This document shows, in pieces, positions 1 to 13,125 of a DNA stretch of 64,000 nt. The notes under the pieces were generated by a model, which saw nothing but the letters and a program-made list of their open reading frames with translations, did not search any database and was not told the DNA's origin. Within the stretch, counting starts at the first letter, position 1. Each line of letters opens with the position of its first letter. The DNA is from Octopus vulgaris. Its lineage: Eukaryota. The translations under genes were made by a program, and so were the position numbers. The stretch covers positions 55,986,001 to 56,050,000 of the forward strand of contig OX597814.1 in assembly GCA_951406725.2 (NCBI GenBank), read 5' to 3'.

Positions 1-241
1 TATATGCATGTGCGTATAAACTACGCTTTGTATATCCACGTATGCATGTATGTGTATCCGTGTATGTATATGCATGTGCGTATAAACTACGCTTTGTATA
101 TCCACGTATGTGTGTGTGCATATAGAGATGTGTGTATATGAGTGTAGTGATGCGTGCATGGGTATATATGCGTGTATGTGCAGACATATATGTATATATG
201 TGTGTTTGTATGTATATGTACACATGTACATGCGTGTGTGA

Positions 242-280
<39 letters not shown>

Positions 281-312
281 TACATACATACATACATACA
301 TGCGTGTGTATA
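1..312. repeat. Compound (TA/TG/CA) microsatellite with a 67-bp-period duplication
   Basis: TATATGCATGTGCGTATAAACTACGCTTTGTATATCCACGTATG occurs at 1-44 and 68-111, followed by (TA)n and (CATA)n. Confidence 0.9.
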
Positions 313-395
313 TGCAGATTCTATGAATGAAGTATTACTTTCACCATGCCTATTGGAGTAATTTCCCTTTATCCAACGATTTTTTTTCATAGCGT

Positions 396-470
396 TTGTC
401 TTAATAACTGATGAGATGCTGGAGCAGACTTCAGCCCCGGCATCCAAAACTCTGAGTTTTATTATGACAA
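396..470 (+). ncRNA. Degenerate type-I hammerhead ribozyme (Penelope-like)
   Basis: Stem I TTGTCTTAATAA/TTATTATGACAA (11 of 12 bp); CTGATGA core at 408-414; stem II GATGCTGG/CCGGCATC; CAAAA in place of GAAA; palindromic stem III ACTC-T-GAGT; GUU cleavage triplet. Confidence 0.6.
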
Positions 471-587
471 CCAGCTAATTGTTACACACACACACACACA
501 CATCTCGTCAGTAGTTCATATATCCAAAAATGAAATACACTCTAAAGCATTAGAGCAGTAATGTATATTTTAGGTAAGTTAAAAGTT

Positions 588-778
588 ATGTTTTGGATGA
601 GGGCATTGACAAATATAAAACCAGCTGAATGACTATTGGTTTCGCTCCTTTAAAGCACTTTCAGTATAGGCGTCTCGTCAAACTCAAATGGGTGAAGGCG
701 CATAATCTCTTTAGAACTGGAGAAAGAAATAGATAACATTCTGTTGGTCTAATTTATCAATGCCCTCATCCAAAACAT
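588..778. repeat. Inverted repeat with 22-bp perfect arms, extending degenerately to about 50 bp
   Basis: ATGTTTTGGATGAGGGCATTGA at 588-609 and its reverse complement TCAATGCCCTCATCCAAAACAT at 757-778. Confidence 0.8.
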
Positions 779-911
779 TTTCTAATTTAGATTCATTTGT
801 TGAATAGTCCCACCACAGCGCCTTCGAATATCACCATGGCTGGAACCAATGTAAGGGGAATAACTCCATCTGGCTAACCCCGTCTCACTCCTAACACTAA
901 CATTTTTTTTG

Positions 912-1302
912 TTTACTCTTTTACTTGTTTCAGTCATTTGACTGCGGCCATGCTGGAGCACCGCCTTTAGTCGAGCAAATCGACCCTGGGACTTATTCTT
1001 TGTAAGCCCATTACTTATTCTATCGGTCTCTTTTGCCGAACCGCTAAGTGACGGGTACGTAAACGCACCAGCATCGGTTGTCAAGCAATGCTAGGGGGAC
1101 AAACACAGACACACAAACACACACATATATACATATATACGACGGGCTTATTTGAGTTTCCGTCTACCAAATCCACTCACAAGGCATTGGTCGGCCCGGG
1201 GCTATAGCAGAAGACACTTGCCCAAGATGTCACACAGTGGGACTGAACCCGGAACCATGTGGTTGATTAGCAAGCTACTTACCACACAGCCACTCCCGCG
1301 CC
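912..1302 (-). mobile_element. Octopus tRNA-derived SINE, family A (internal microsatellite), young full-length copy
   Basis: Head GGCGCGGGAGTGGCTGTGTGGTAAG...GGTTCAGTCCC (A/B-box-like), central CTTGGGCAAGTGTCTT, tail CTGAAACAAGTAAAAGAGTAAA; near-identical to 9253-9668 and 40745-41173. Confidence 0.9.
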
Positions 1303-1434
1303 TGTTTGTTTACAAAACCAACTGACTCTTATATATTTCTTCCTCTTTTCCCAGAGAAGTTATGCACCTTCAGCCATTTGAACCTGACAAGTCATTTCTA
1401 CTGTTAAACGCTTTATAGTTTTTTCTTCTTCTCT

Positions 1435-1572
1435 AGGCACAAGGCCCGAAATTTTGGGGGAGAGAGCCAGTCGATTACATCGACTCCACTGCGTAACTGG
1501 TACTTATTTCATCGACTCCGAAAGGATGAAAAACGAAATCGACCTCGGCGGAATTTGAACTCAGAACGTAGC
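1435..1572 (-). mobile_element. SINE family B (Nin-domain type), 5'-truncated
   Basis: Reverse complement contains GAGTTCAAATTCCGCCGAGGTCGA...TTTCATCCTTTCGGAGTCGATGAAATAAGTACCAG. Confidence 0.8.
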
Positions 1573-1659
1573 GGTTAAACGCTTCATAGTTGCCCAACCA
1601 ATGGTTTCTCTATGATCGGCTCTAACTATTTATTTCCTAAAATATATGTATATTTATGT

Positions 1660-1975
1660 GTGGTTGTGGTGTGTGTGTTTGCTTCTCAGCCATATGGTAC
1701 CGGCCTCAGTCCTTCTGTGGAACCGTAAGCAAGTGTCTTCTGCTGTAGTATCGGGTCAACGAAAGCCTTGTGAGTGGATTTGGTAGGCGGGAACTGGAAG
1801 AAGTCCGTTCTATGTGTGTGTTTGTGTGTAATTGTGTCTGTTTGTCTTCACCATTGCTTGATGACTGATGTTGGTGTGTATGTCTCTGTAACTTAGCGGT
1901 TCATCAAGAATGTCTGACAGAGTAAGTACCAGGTTTTTTAAAAATAGATACTGGGGTTTATTTTTTACTGACTAA
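1660..1975 (+). mobile_element. SINE family A, diverged
   Basis: CAAGTGTCTTC...AAAGCCTTGTGAGTGGATTTGGTAG...AACTTAGCGGTTC. Confidence 0.8.
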
Positions 1976-2145
1976 AACAAGTAATATATATAGTTCTAGT
2001 CCTGTAGAAGCTCCTTCTATAAAATAAATATATATATATATATATATTAAATATACAGTACAAAGTAAGATAGGGATTATGAATGTAACCCACTATGGGA
2101 TATCAGTTATCCAATATACTGCTGGTAAAGTACCCAAATACTACA

Positions 2146-2186
<41 letters not shown>

Positions 2187-2750
2187 ATATGTTCATGGTT
2201 AATTGGCAAAAAATGTAAGCATCCCCAAATATAACAATATATGTAAATACAAACACACACATACATATCTTGGTAGAAAATTTCTCTTCTACATGCTATG
2301 TGAATGTACTCCAGTTTTTCTTTTCTTTTAAGATGTCGTTTCTCCTCTCCTATATTGTTCTTTATTTAGACTAATAATATTCCAAGGTTTATCACTGTTT
2401 CTAGACCTTTGCCTACTTAATCTTCTGAACACAGAGATTATTAACAGTGTTTTTATTGCTGTTTTATAGTAAGCAATAATCATGGAAATTGATGTCCTTA
2501 TTCTATATATCATTATTGAGTATTAACACCAGGTTTCTTTTAGCTCTCGGAAAGTGAGCTCAGTTTATTGCTGGAGTGTGCTTTCTGTGTGTTTATGTTA
2601 GGATTGTGTTTCGTTATTTATGAAACTTGCTTTGATTAATTTTTGATTAGTTCTATGCATGTTTAGGTTTTTGTTTTTGGCTGAATTGTACAACAGATAT
2701 ATTACTAGCTAATTTTTTTCTTCAATCTTGTTTTGCTGTTGTGTGTGCAT

Positions 2751-2807
<57 letters not shown>

Positions 2808-2974
2808 GCATACAAAAGAGGTTGTAATCCAAACTGTCCTCGTGAAGCACATCTGTATGTTCACAGTATTCAAATGTATGTATATAGGTGTTATATTTTT
2901 AAGTCTTTGTCTGAAGTATTATGGACTAGAGATTTTTTTTACACGTATACATCTGTAACTCCTATCCTGTATTG

Positions 2975-3118
2975 AATCATCATCATCATTTAACATTTAC
3001 CTTCTATGCTGGCATGGGTGGGATGAGCTGGCCAGGCAGAAGCCTGCACTAGACTTCTGTGACTGTTTTGCCAGGATTTTTTTACAGCTCGTTGCCCTTC
3101 CTAACACCAACCACCCAG
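2975..3118 (-). mobile_element. RTE-type 3' tail fragment
   Basis: (CAT)n TTAAC...ATGCTGGCATGGG...GCCCTTCCTAAC is the reverse complement of the RTE 3' end at 20785-20940. Confidence 0.7.
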
Positions 3119-3119
3119 C

Positions 3120-3412
3120 ATCGGGGTAGTTAGTTTGATTCCTGAACCAGGCTGTGTGTTATGTTCTTGTGCAAGACACTTTGTTTCATGTTGCTCCAGT
3201 TCACTCAGCTGTAGAAATGAGAATCGATGTCACTGGTGTCAAGCTGTATCAGCCTCTGCCTTTTCCTTGGATAACATTGGCAGCATGGAGAGCGAAGGCT
3301 GGTATGCATAGGCAACTGCTGATCTTCCATAAACAGCCTTGCCCAGATTTGTGTTTTGGAGGGTAACTTTCTAAGTTCAATGCTATGGTCATTCATGACC
3401 AAAGGTTGTCTT
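3120..3412 (+). mobile_element. SINE family C, 5'-truncated
   Basis: TTCTTGTGCAAGACACTT...CACTCAGCTGTAGAAATGAG...CACTGGTGTCAAGCTGTATC; homologous to 14466-14762 and 25914-26242. Confidence 0.8.
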
Positions 3413-5604
3413 TTCTTTTTAAGTATGTGTATATATGTGTGTGTGTGTATATATACACACACGATGAGTGTATGGGGATAAATTATCCAAGCAGGTACAG
3501 TAGAAGCTCTCTGGTAGAGTGCATGTTACGGATAACCACACCAAGTAGTAAGAAGCATGATGGATCACTTAGGGTGAGCAATTCCACCGTAATTCTTTTG
3601 ATGGGTAAATCTGGGTTTACTTCGTTGGATTATATTTTTGGGAGTGTAAATCCAATACAATTACAAAACATACAGACTGGTACATCCTCAAATTTTCTTT
3701 TAATTTAAAATTTTTTCCCTCTCCTCATTATTCCCTCCCCTGACAGGTTACGGAATAATGAAGAGAGAGAAAGAGATTAATGGTTGGTGGTAAACGGAGG
3801 CTGATTACCGAAAGAATACAATACTAGTCCTTGTTACACTGACACAGATGCTGTGGAAGGCATTTTTGTAGGAGAGGGAATCAGCAATAGGTGAAAACTG
3901 TAAAATGAGAGGGAGAGTAATATATAGAGATTTGATATGAGCATAATAGTCATTAGAGACTCACTTGTAGATATTATGCATCCCAGTCTCTCATCATTAG
4001 TATTGTCATTTTTATATCCATTTTTCTTGCTTGCATAGATTAGGTAGCTCCTCTCCATCACAGTACTTTACCACAAGTTGCAATCCCTTGTCATCTCTCT
4101 CATGAGGGTCAGCCTCCTAAGATCAGAATAACCTTCACCACTTTTTCCTGTGTTTTACTTTGTTTCTATCTTACATGGGCTCCACCCACTTAGAGCTTGT
4201 GCATTACATCCAGTTTCTCTTCTATCTAGGTTTCTTTCTGCTCATTTCTGCTCATTCATGCTCATTAACATTATACATCCAGTGGAACGTTCTTGCTTCA
4301 ATTTTTTCTAGCCTTCACACATCCTCTGCCATTTGAAGCCCACTTCTTGCTCCCATGCAGGATTGTATTTTGTATGCGTGTATCATAAAATCTATTCTTC
4401 ATTTTGAGAAATAAATTATTTGTTAATAGCTCCTTGAACTTTTTCCACCTTATTCTTATTACCATGCTTTTAGAACACTCAACTACTTCTAAGGAGGCTT
4501 TTGGTTATTTAAAAGAACCTAATTTACATGTACTCATATTACTGACTCCTTCTTTACACATGGCATGTATGAAGTTTGCTTTCTTTGTCAGCCTGCCTTT
4601 GATCTCACTATTTCTCTTGTGTATTCAGTTATTGGTCTATCATTAGCTACCAAATGCCATTTTAATGGTGATAACAATGGTTATATTAGTAATAAATCTT
4701 GACTGATAGTGTGAATATTAGATGTTATAAACACTGAATTGCACCAGGAAAAACTAACAAGTTCATTGAAAGAGCTTGAACTATGTATCTTATTTTTTAA
4801 CTACATAGTTGGAAAGGAATGGGAACATCTATAAGGCTCTATAAGACTGATGGAAGAACGAGATTATAAACATTTAGACCAGGTTTCTGGTATGAAATGA
4901 CCTACAGTGAACTTTGCCAAAAGCTCCCAAGGACCAGATGGTGATGACAAATTGGGTAATGGATTTACTCTACAAAAATTCAGAATCTGAAAGTGTCAGA
5001 ACAGATCTCTCAAAACATTGCATGCAAGCACCTAACAATCTAATTCTAAGTTGGCTTTAATGTCATTTGAGTTCAGAGCAGAGAGAGTTATAACATGTAC
5101 TGCACTCTGCTTTTACAACATCCCTATATATTAAAAGTGGTCTTCAGAAAAATGAGAGAGAGAACGTGAGAGAGAGAGAAAGAAAGGATAGTACTGACTT
5201 GGGTGACTGCATTACTGATAAATTACTGATTATATAACTGTTTTCAATCCATCTTCTCGAATTCACTACAATAAATTATTTCCTGTTATTTTACCTGTAC
5301 TGTTTTATCTCCATAAGATTTATCACTAGTAAAATAGGAGGACATGCCCAATGTAATCAAATTCAGGTTTGATCCAGCTGTGTGTGATTAATGAGAAATA
5401 ACAGTATAGATAAAAAAAAAAAAAAGGAAGAAAGACAAAGAGTCAGTATTATAGCTGATCATTTCATCATTTGTTCCATTTAGTGGAACTGCTCGTTTGT
5501 TTCACTGTAGAAATATTAAGATGTTTGATCATGGATGTCACCACAATTACTGTAATGTACAGGATATACATGCTAAAATCTAAAGCATTCACATTTTTGA
5601 ATGT

Positions 5605-5950
5605 TTTTCTACTATAGCCCTGGGCTGACTATAAAGCCTTATGAGTGGATTTGGTAGATGGAAACTGAAAAAAGCATGTCTTCTGTGTACATGTGTGTGT
5701 GTGTGTTTCTCCTTATTTTCACATCATATGATAGTTGTAAATGAGTGTTACTATCATACAAGTAGTGGTTTTTGATTCCACTATTCCATGGAAACATGTC
5801 AGGCTAAGGTAATATTCCAAACTATTACTTTGCTTGCAAAAACAGGTGAGAGATTGACCACAAGTAGGGCATTCAGCTGTGGCAAAATCTGCTTCAACAA
5901 ACTTCATCCATGGAAGCATGGAAAAGTGAACGTTAAAAGTGATGATGATA
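5605..5950 (+). mobile_element. SINE family A variant carrying an RTE-derived 3' tail
   Basis: Family A body (GTGGATTTGGTAGATGGAAACTGAA) followed by AGGGCATTCAGCTGT...AGCATGGAAAAGTGAACGTTAAAA(GAT)n. Confidence 0.75.
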
Positions 5951-6886
5951 TGACTGCCTAGTTCCTTGAGTGTGTCACTTAATGGAATGCAGATCTGTAC
6001 CAAATGGCAAGTATATGAAAAAAAATACTTGATTTCTAATGAAATATAGTTCAATAAGTAATAGACATTTTACTTTAGGAATAAATGATTTTTTTAGTTT
6101 GTTATATTTTAAGAATCTCTGCTGAAAGTAAGTGATATAATTTACTACAGTAACTTGGGAAACAAGGATTGAGAAAACATCCGAATGAGATCTTAAATTA
6201 TGCTAAAATGTATTTGGGTTAGAGGTTAAGAAAGCAACGAAAAGGCTTGGTAAACGGAAGTCAGCTAAACCAAGGAGCTGAGAAGCGGTGATTTTTAATT
6301 TAAACATGCTAACAGTTTCAACTCCTTTATTGTCTAAGGGAAAAAACTCTAAAGATAAGACATAGAAGTTATTTCCCTTGGATTAATCTTCAATTAGAAG
6401 TATTTTGTTCGAAACGTAATATATTTAAAAGAAAAAGTTTCAGCTCTAGTCCTAAGCGTAGTTTGTGAGGAACTATATTTTCATATCTAATATACTCAAT
6501 GCTCATGTAATCGTTTAATTAATAATAATGATAATAAAAAATGGGAAATGAAATTATATACTGTAATTTCAAGGACGAATTCTTGAAATTAAGAAAGAGG
6601 TAAAATACCATCTTTACATAGGAATTGTGTTATAATAAACTCTAAAATAGGTTTGTTTGCAGAGATTATTGTTGTTTAACCCATGTCAGCTTTATTCCAT
6701 ATAGCTATGATAAACGATGGTCCATCCATGATCATCCTGTCCTTTTATATATCAATGAGTTCATTGGTATATAAAGTCTAAGAAATAATTTTTTATTCAG
6801 GTAGCGTGATTTCGAGGAAGTTTGGCTGCTATTTCTAGCAATTTGAGCGACTGTGCAGAGGTTCCCATCTTTTCTCATGTCTCTCC

Positions 6887-7262
6887 TCAGGCGTGGTTGT
6901 GTGGGAAGAAGCTTTGCTTTCCAAATACATGGTTCTGGATTCAGTTTCACTGTATGGCACCTTGGGTAAGTGTCTTCTACTATAGCCTCGGGCCAACCAA
7001 AGCCTTGTGAGTAGATTTGGTAGACAGAAACTGAAAGAAGCCCATCATATGTGTGTGTGTGTGTGTGTGTGTGTGTTGTCCCTCTCTATTGCTTGACAAC
7101 TAACGTTGGTGTGTTTATGTCCCCATAACTTAGCGGTTTGGCAAAAGCGACTGATAGTATAAGTATTAGGTTTACAAAGAATAAGCTCAGGGGTCGATTT
7201 GTTCAACTAAAGGCTATGCTCCAGCATGGCTGCAGTCAAATGACTGAAACATATAAAAGAAT
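6887..7262 (+). mobile_element. SINE family A, full length
   Basis: Head, central (GT)n and tail all match 9253-9668. Confidence 0.85.
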
Positions 7263-7899
7263 ATATATATATATGTAATATAATACTGTTCCCTTACTTT
7301 CTGCTTGTTTTTTATTATCCTCTCTCCACAGCTTCATCACTGACTCAACTCCTTCTAATCTTCTCCTCAAACTCCACACCCTTCTTCCTTCAATGTCTCC
7401 AGATATTTGCCAGTCTGATCTATTTATTTCTCTCTTTTATATTCCACCCTTTACCTTCACACCTTCTATCCATGCATTCCCTTATAATGTGGGATGACCT
7501 TGTACCCTACTATACAACTTCTCACTGACTCCTAACACTGATCCCTTCCTACCTATAGTGTCTACTTTGTTACACTGCCCACAACTACCCTTTCACAACT
7601 ATTTCTTCTTCTCAGTTTATTTTATCCTCTCTCACCACCCCATCTACAATCATCACACTCCCCTCTTCTATTTTTCAGATCTTGGGGAGGGGCCTTTGTA
7701 GGCAGTTTGTTTTGAAAGTTGTAAAGTGAATTCACTAATGCTGATGTCATGGAAAAAAAAAACATGAAGACTCTCACTATACTCAGTAACGTGGTTGGCA
7801 TTAGGAATGGGTATCCAACCATAGAAACCATATTGAAACAGACATTGGAGCATGGAAAATGGATATTGCATGATGATATGTAAATGATATATGGAAATA

Positions 7900-8150
7900 T
7901 AGGTGCAGGCATGGCTGTGTGGTTAAGAAGCAGAAATGTTAGCATGCCGAGCGAAATACTTAGCAGTATTTCGTCTGCTGTTATGTTCTGAGTTCAAATT
8001 CCATCGAGGTCGACTTTGCCTTTCATCCCTTTGAGGTTGATAAATTAAGTACCAGTTATGCACTGGGGTTGATTTAATAGACTTAATCCCTTTGTCTGTC
8101 CTTGTTTGTCCCCTCTATGTTTAGCCCCTTGTGGGCAATAAAGAAATAGG
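7900..8150 (+). mobile_element. Family A head fused to a family B (Nin-type) SINE
   Basis: GGTGCAGGCATGGCTGTGTGGTTAAGAAG joins directly to CAGAAATGTTAGCATGCCGAGCGAAA...TTTGCCTTTCATCCC...AAGTACCAG...GCCCCTTGTGGGCAATAAAGAAATA. Confidence 0.75.
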
Positions 8151-9252
8151 AAACTAAGGAAAAAACCTTAATTTGTATGTATATATATGCGGGGTCAGAG
8201 TGGGGTACATTGCATGTGTGTATTTGATTGTGTATCCTTGTTTTGACATGTGATGGCTGTAAATGAACATTGTCATACAAGTAATGTCGGTACTTGAACT
8301 TAAAACTTATGAACTATAACTGCAAAGCCTTTTGTCTGATGCTCTAAACAATATTGCCAATCCATGTAAGAAATTCACCTGCTATCTCATTTTTAAATCT
8401 TCAACAAATTATGCTCTGGAGGCACCCTTAAGACAAATTTGCTAACATGCTTAACTTCATTTCTATTAGATGAGCCTGATGAAAATTTCCTCAGGCTGAA
8501 TCACTTTCTACCTCATATTATCAATGCAGGAGTCTCATTTTACTCTCAAAGTTAACCTCTAGCAAAAACTGTCAGTGCTGTGATTAGATAATTTCATTTC
8601 ACTTATTACTTGTTATAGTAAATGATCTAATGTCAATGAGTGTAGATGTAATTATAATGTGATGGATGCATAAATACATTAAATGTCTGAATTTCTTTTA
8701 ATGAATTAATTTCCATTCTGGAAGTTAATTAGCATTGAAATACAGAGACATCACAGTGGTAATTTATTCTACTGGCATGTGTTGTGAGCAATGCTTTAAA
8801 TGAAATATGCATCATTGATTTTGATTTATTGGAAAATCAAAATAATATCTCAGAATTTCCCCTTCAACTGGGAAGAATGTAGGTTTTAAAGTCTTATTAC
8901 TTTTTTAATTGTTTGATTTATACTGTATCTAGATTCTAAAATAAATATGGAAATCATCATTTCAGATTTCACAGTACACAGTGCAAATAATGATGTTTTT
9001 TATCAGTTGGCAGATATAAGCACTGATCAGAAAACAGTTTGTTTGCTGAAGTTATAATCAGAGTCTGTGGGTTGTTAAGTTACTTCTAACTCATGCAACA
9101 CAGCATGACGAAACAAAAGGTGTTTCAGAATCCCTTGTACCAATGAACTAAGGGTATTATGAACACATTGTTGTCATAAAAGGGAAAAGTTATGTGATGT
9201 ACACAACAGCCACTAGCATGTTTGCATTTAAATCTGCCTGAATGTATTAAGA

Positions 9253-9423
9253 GGCACAGGAGTGACTATGTGGTAAGTAGTTTGCTTACCAACCACATGA
9301 TTCTGGGTTCAGTCCCACTGCGTGGCACCTTGGGCAAGTGTCTTCTACTATAGCCTCGAGCCGACCAAAGCCTTGTGAGTGGATTTGGTAGATGGAAACT
9401 GAAAGAAGCCTGTCGTATATATG

Positions 9424-9454
<31 letters not shown>

Positions 9455-9668
9455 ATGTTTGTGTGTCTGTGTTTGTCTCCCCAACATCGCTTGACAACCG
9501 ACGCTGGTGTGTTTATGTCCCCGTAACTTAGCAGTTTGGCAAAAGAGACCGATAGAATAAGTTTTAGGCTTACAAAGAATAAGTCCTGGGGTCGATTTGC
9601 TCAACTAAAGGTGGTGCTCCAGCATGGCCACAGTCAAATGACTGAAACAAGTAAAAGAGTAAAAGAGA
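9253..9668 (+). mobile_element. SINE family A, full length
   Basis: tRNA-like head, CTTGGGCAAGTGTCTT core, internal (TA)(TG) tract and AAAAGAGT tail. Confidence 0.9.
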
Positions 9669-9895
9669 GAGTAAACCATCATAGTTTCTGTTTGTTCCAC
9701 TACAAGTCAGGGTTGTGATTTGTACTTGAAATTCTGTAACATAGTGGGAGAAGAAAAGACTGAAAATTATTGTTGGGTCTTTGTTTATCTCTTGGCAAAA
9801 TTATAGAGCTTTTTTCTCTTTCAGTGAGGACTGAAGAATAGTGCTCATGGATACTTTCTAGAAATTCTGAGACTGTTAGGAGGGAGGTCTCCTTT

Positions 9896-10028
9896 CCTCT
9901 TTAGCATTTAAACCAGCCATATCTGGCCAAAATATTCTACCTCTTTGGCTTCTCTCACCTACCCTACAATGTCTTTCTAGTGAATAAATAAGCATTACAT
10001 TTAACAAAGTAACCAGAACACTAAAGGG
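9896..10028. mobile_element. piggyBac-type MITE relic
   Basis: Left end CCTCTTTAGCATTT; right end CTAAAGGG followed by TTAA. Confidence 0.45.
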
Positions 10029-12051
10029 TTAAAGTGGAGATCTGACCCAAATACTTGGAACAAAATAGATTCCACTAAAGGCACCAAAAGTGTAGGGATC
10101 CAGGTGGTGGTGTTGAACTAGGTAACAAATTAAGTCTACCACTTAGTAGACCATGTTGGGATTTGTGCTTGGAAGATAAAGAGCTGGCACATCTAACCAA
10201 ATACTGCAAGGCATCCAATCAGGCATTCATACAGTTCACCAATCCATCGCCCTGCATTTGGGCTTATTTATCAACACTGAGATAATGAACTGCAAAGTTG
10301 ACATCAGCAGAGTTTGAACTCCGAGTGTGTAGAGTCTGATAAAATGCAGGGAAGCTTTCTCTCCATTGTTCTAACAACTTAGCCAGTTTGCTACTTTTGT
10401 TAATTACTAGCATAAGACATTTGATCTGTGTTTCAAATTGTTTGTCCTATTTTTGTTGTGAGAACATTGTCCAATAATTCAGGCTTCTGTTTTTATCAGC
10501 TTAATATGTGATAGAGTCCCTATTTGTAGCCATGGACATTAAACTGATTTTTAGAATGAGGTGAAGAGTTAGAGGCTTGATCCACCTTTACCATGGGTTG
10601 TACCTTTGCCATTCAGCTCATTTTTCATACCATGACCCTCCCAGGAATAAGTGGGTGAAGAGGATATATTTTGAATATGGTTTGGAGTTTGCTGGAAGGA
10701 GAGATTTACCTGCTCTAATTGCGTTAGTTGAGCAGTTTCCTGTAAGATAGTTGAATATATGGTGGTTTAAGGAGTTTTGGCTGCTATTTCTAGCAAGTTT
10801 AGCAATCACATAGGGACTCTCTTGCTGGCTCAATTGAAAATAGTTTATATTAACATGGTAATTTAATTTACAGTGGTGAAATAGAATTATCTTATCCAAG
10901 AATTATCCTCCTTCTCATTGTCATCATCATGCATCTACTTTCCCCCTCGATGAGATGGTTTTCACAGTGTTTTATTTCCTACTAGGATCCTTTGTCATCT
11001 GGCTCATACAACAGCAGAAAAAAAAATCACCAGTCTGTGTTCACTGAGTATATCTTTTGTTGACTTTGGTGGGATTTGAACTCAGAATGTAAAGAGATTG
11101 AACTGAATACTGTGAGGCATTTCGTTTGTCACTGTACTCCTTCTGCCAGTCTACCTCTTAAAATATTTGAAAATTTTCATCACATTGACAAACAATATAT
11201 AGACAATTTTGCACATTTACACAGATTTTAAATAAACGTTGTTTACGTTATAAAGGCCAGACTTTATACTTAATGGAAAACAGTAAAAAAAAAACAACAA
11301 AAAACTCATAGTCAATAGATTTGACTATATCTGAAAATAGTGGTAACTTTTATATTAATTTCATGATTTTATTTTTTTAGAACTAAATAATGATTCATTT
11401 TAGTTTAATAAAAATACAAGTGACATTTATGTTTTCATTTAGTTAGAATGGAAATTAAACGATTTTTTAAAGGTAGAAAAGAAAATATACTGCATTTGAA
11501 TAAAAGCAGTAATTTTGAATGTGTTTACATATTTATTTTGAATTGAAAAGAAAACATCTGTTATTTTTGATATTATAGGATCAACATTAAGTGTTTTCCT
11601 ATAAAATACTAATGTATTAATGATTCCATTCAGTACTTGAGTAAGATGTTGGCAAAACTGACTAAGTAGATATCTTCCAGTATCTAGCATCGTCCTTCCA
11701 CCTTCTACTTTTAACTCTTGTATGGGTCAACTTTGATTTTCATGAGAAATGAATAGTGCAGTTTATTCAATTATATGTGCTATTCTCTGACACACTGTGG
11801 ATATGTTCTTAATATAAAGAAATCAATATTTCTTTTTCTGTAAGAGTTAGCAGACACTGTTAAGTATGGTATGAAGCGACTTATGCAGTATTTAAAAAAT
11901 AAGTCAGCAGGGTTACTTGCTCAGAGGTGCTGTCTGTATAAAAATAATAGTTAAGCTAAACTTGCGTTAACATTAAATGAGTTAAACATTAAATACCCAA
12001 TTAAAACTACTTATGTGATGAGGAAAGGACCATGATAGCTTAATGATACTT

Positions 12052-12447
12052 CTATCTTTTACTTGTTTCAGTCATTAGACTGCAGCCATGCTAGGATACT
12101 GCTTTGAAGAATATTTAGTTGAATGGATAGACCTCAGTACTTATTTTTATTTTAAGCTTTGGTATTTATTCTATCAGTCTCGTTTTTGCCAATCTGCTTA
12201 ATTACAGTGATGTAAACACATCAGCACCAGTTGTCAAATGGTGGTTGGGGACAAACACTGACCCAAAGACACACACACATATGCGACAGGCTTCTTTCAG
12301 TTTCCATCTGCCAAATCCACTCACAAAGCTGTGGTCGGCCCAAAGCTATAGTAGAAGACACTTGCCCAAAGTGCCATGCAGTGGGACTGAACCCAGAACC
12401 ATGTGATTGAGAAGTAAACTTCTTTCCACACAGCCACGCCTGCACCT
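12052..12447 (-). mobile_element. SINE family A
   Basis: Reverse-complement match to the family A head, core and tail. Confidence 0.85.
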
Positions 12448-12807
12448 ATGTTAACATTTAATGAGCCAAACATTAAATGCGTAATTAAAACTACTAATGT
12501 GGTGAGAAAGGACAGTAATAGCTAACTGGTTGATATCATTTTGATCCTTTCAGCAAATATACAAAACTACTTCAGAAAATGTTTTGGTCCTATGAGACCA
12601 AATTCATGACTTACTTGGAGAACTAAATACCACTGTGGTATTTTTAGTGCCTTAATGGAGCCCACTCTGTTGCAAATATTTGGACCTTGTCTCCTGAGTA
12701 AGGATGACTTTCTTCCTACCATTCTCTTACATGTCTCACATGCTCTTTAAAATGTCAGAAGTACTGCCCTTCCATCCTAACTAAAAGATGAAAAAAGAGT
12801 ACAATAT

Positions 12808-13125
12808 AGGTGCAAGCATGGTTGTGTGGTAAAAGGTTTACTTCTCAACCATATGGTTCTGGGTTCAGTTCCACTGCATGGTACCTTGGGTTAGTCTCTC
12901 CTACAGCCAACCAAAGCCTTGTGAGTGGATTTCGTAGTTGAAAACTGAAAGAAACCCATCATGTGTGTGTGTGTGTGTGTGCAGTTGGGCAATGCAGCCT
13001 AAATAGAATAAGTACCATGCTTAAAAAAATAAGTACTGAGGTTAATTCACTTGGCTAAAAAATTTTCAGGGTGGTGCCCCAGCATGGCCACAGTGGTTGA
13101 GACTGAAAGATGTAAAGGAATAAAA
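12808..13125 (+). mobile_element. SINE family A, internally deleted
   Basis: GGTGCAAGCATGGTTGTGTGGT...GTGCCCCAGCATGGCCACAG. Confidence 0.8.

Noticed and set aside
87-326. ORFs with YIYI/HTHT/IIII/ERER runs (also at 2728, 13547, 27707, 37299, 52569, 61965-62580)
   Set aside because: They are translations of microsatellites.
782-1084. 100-aa ORF with paralog-like copies at 9536 and 40786
   Set aside because: It is the SINE family A tail read as protein; the YIGSS string is not in a GIY-YIG context.
2520-2575. Minus-strand CTGAGCTC...GAAACCTGGT hammerhead-like string
   Set aside because: The CUGAUGA box is missing 3 nt, there is no NUH triplet and stem I is weak.
8474-8496. CTGATGA inside an AGCCTGA/TCAGGCT hairpin
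   Set aside because: No stem II-GAAA-stem III arrangement.
9831-9875. CTGAAGA...GAAATTCTGAG
   Set aside because: No convincing stem I and no UH cleavage site.
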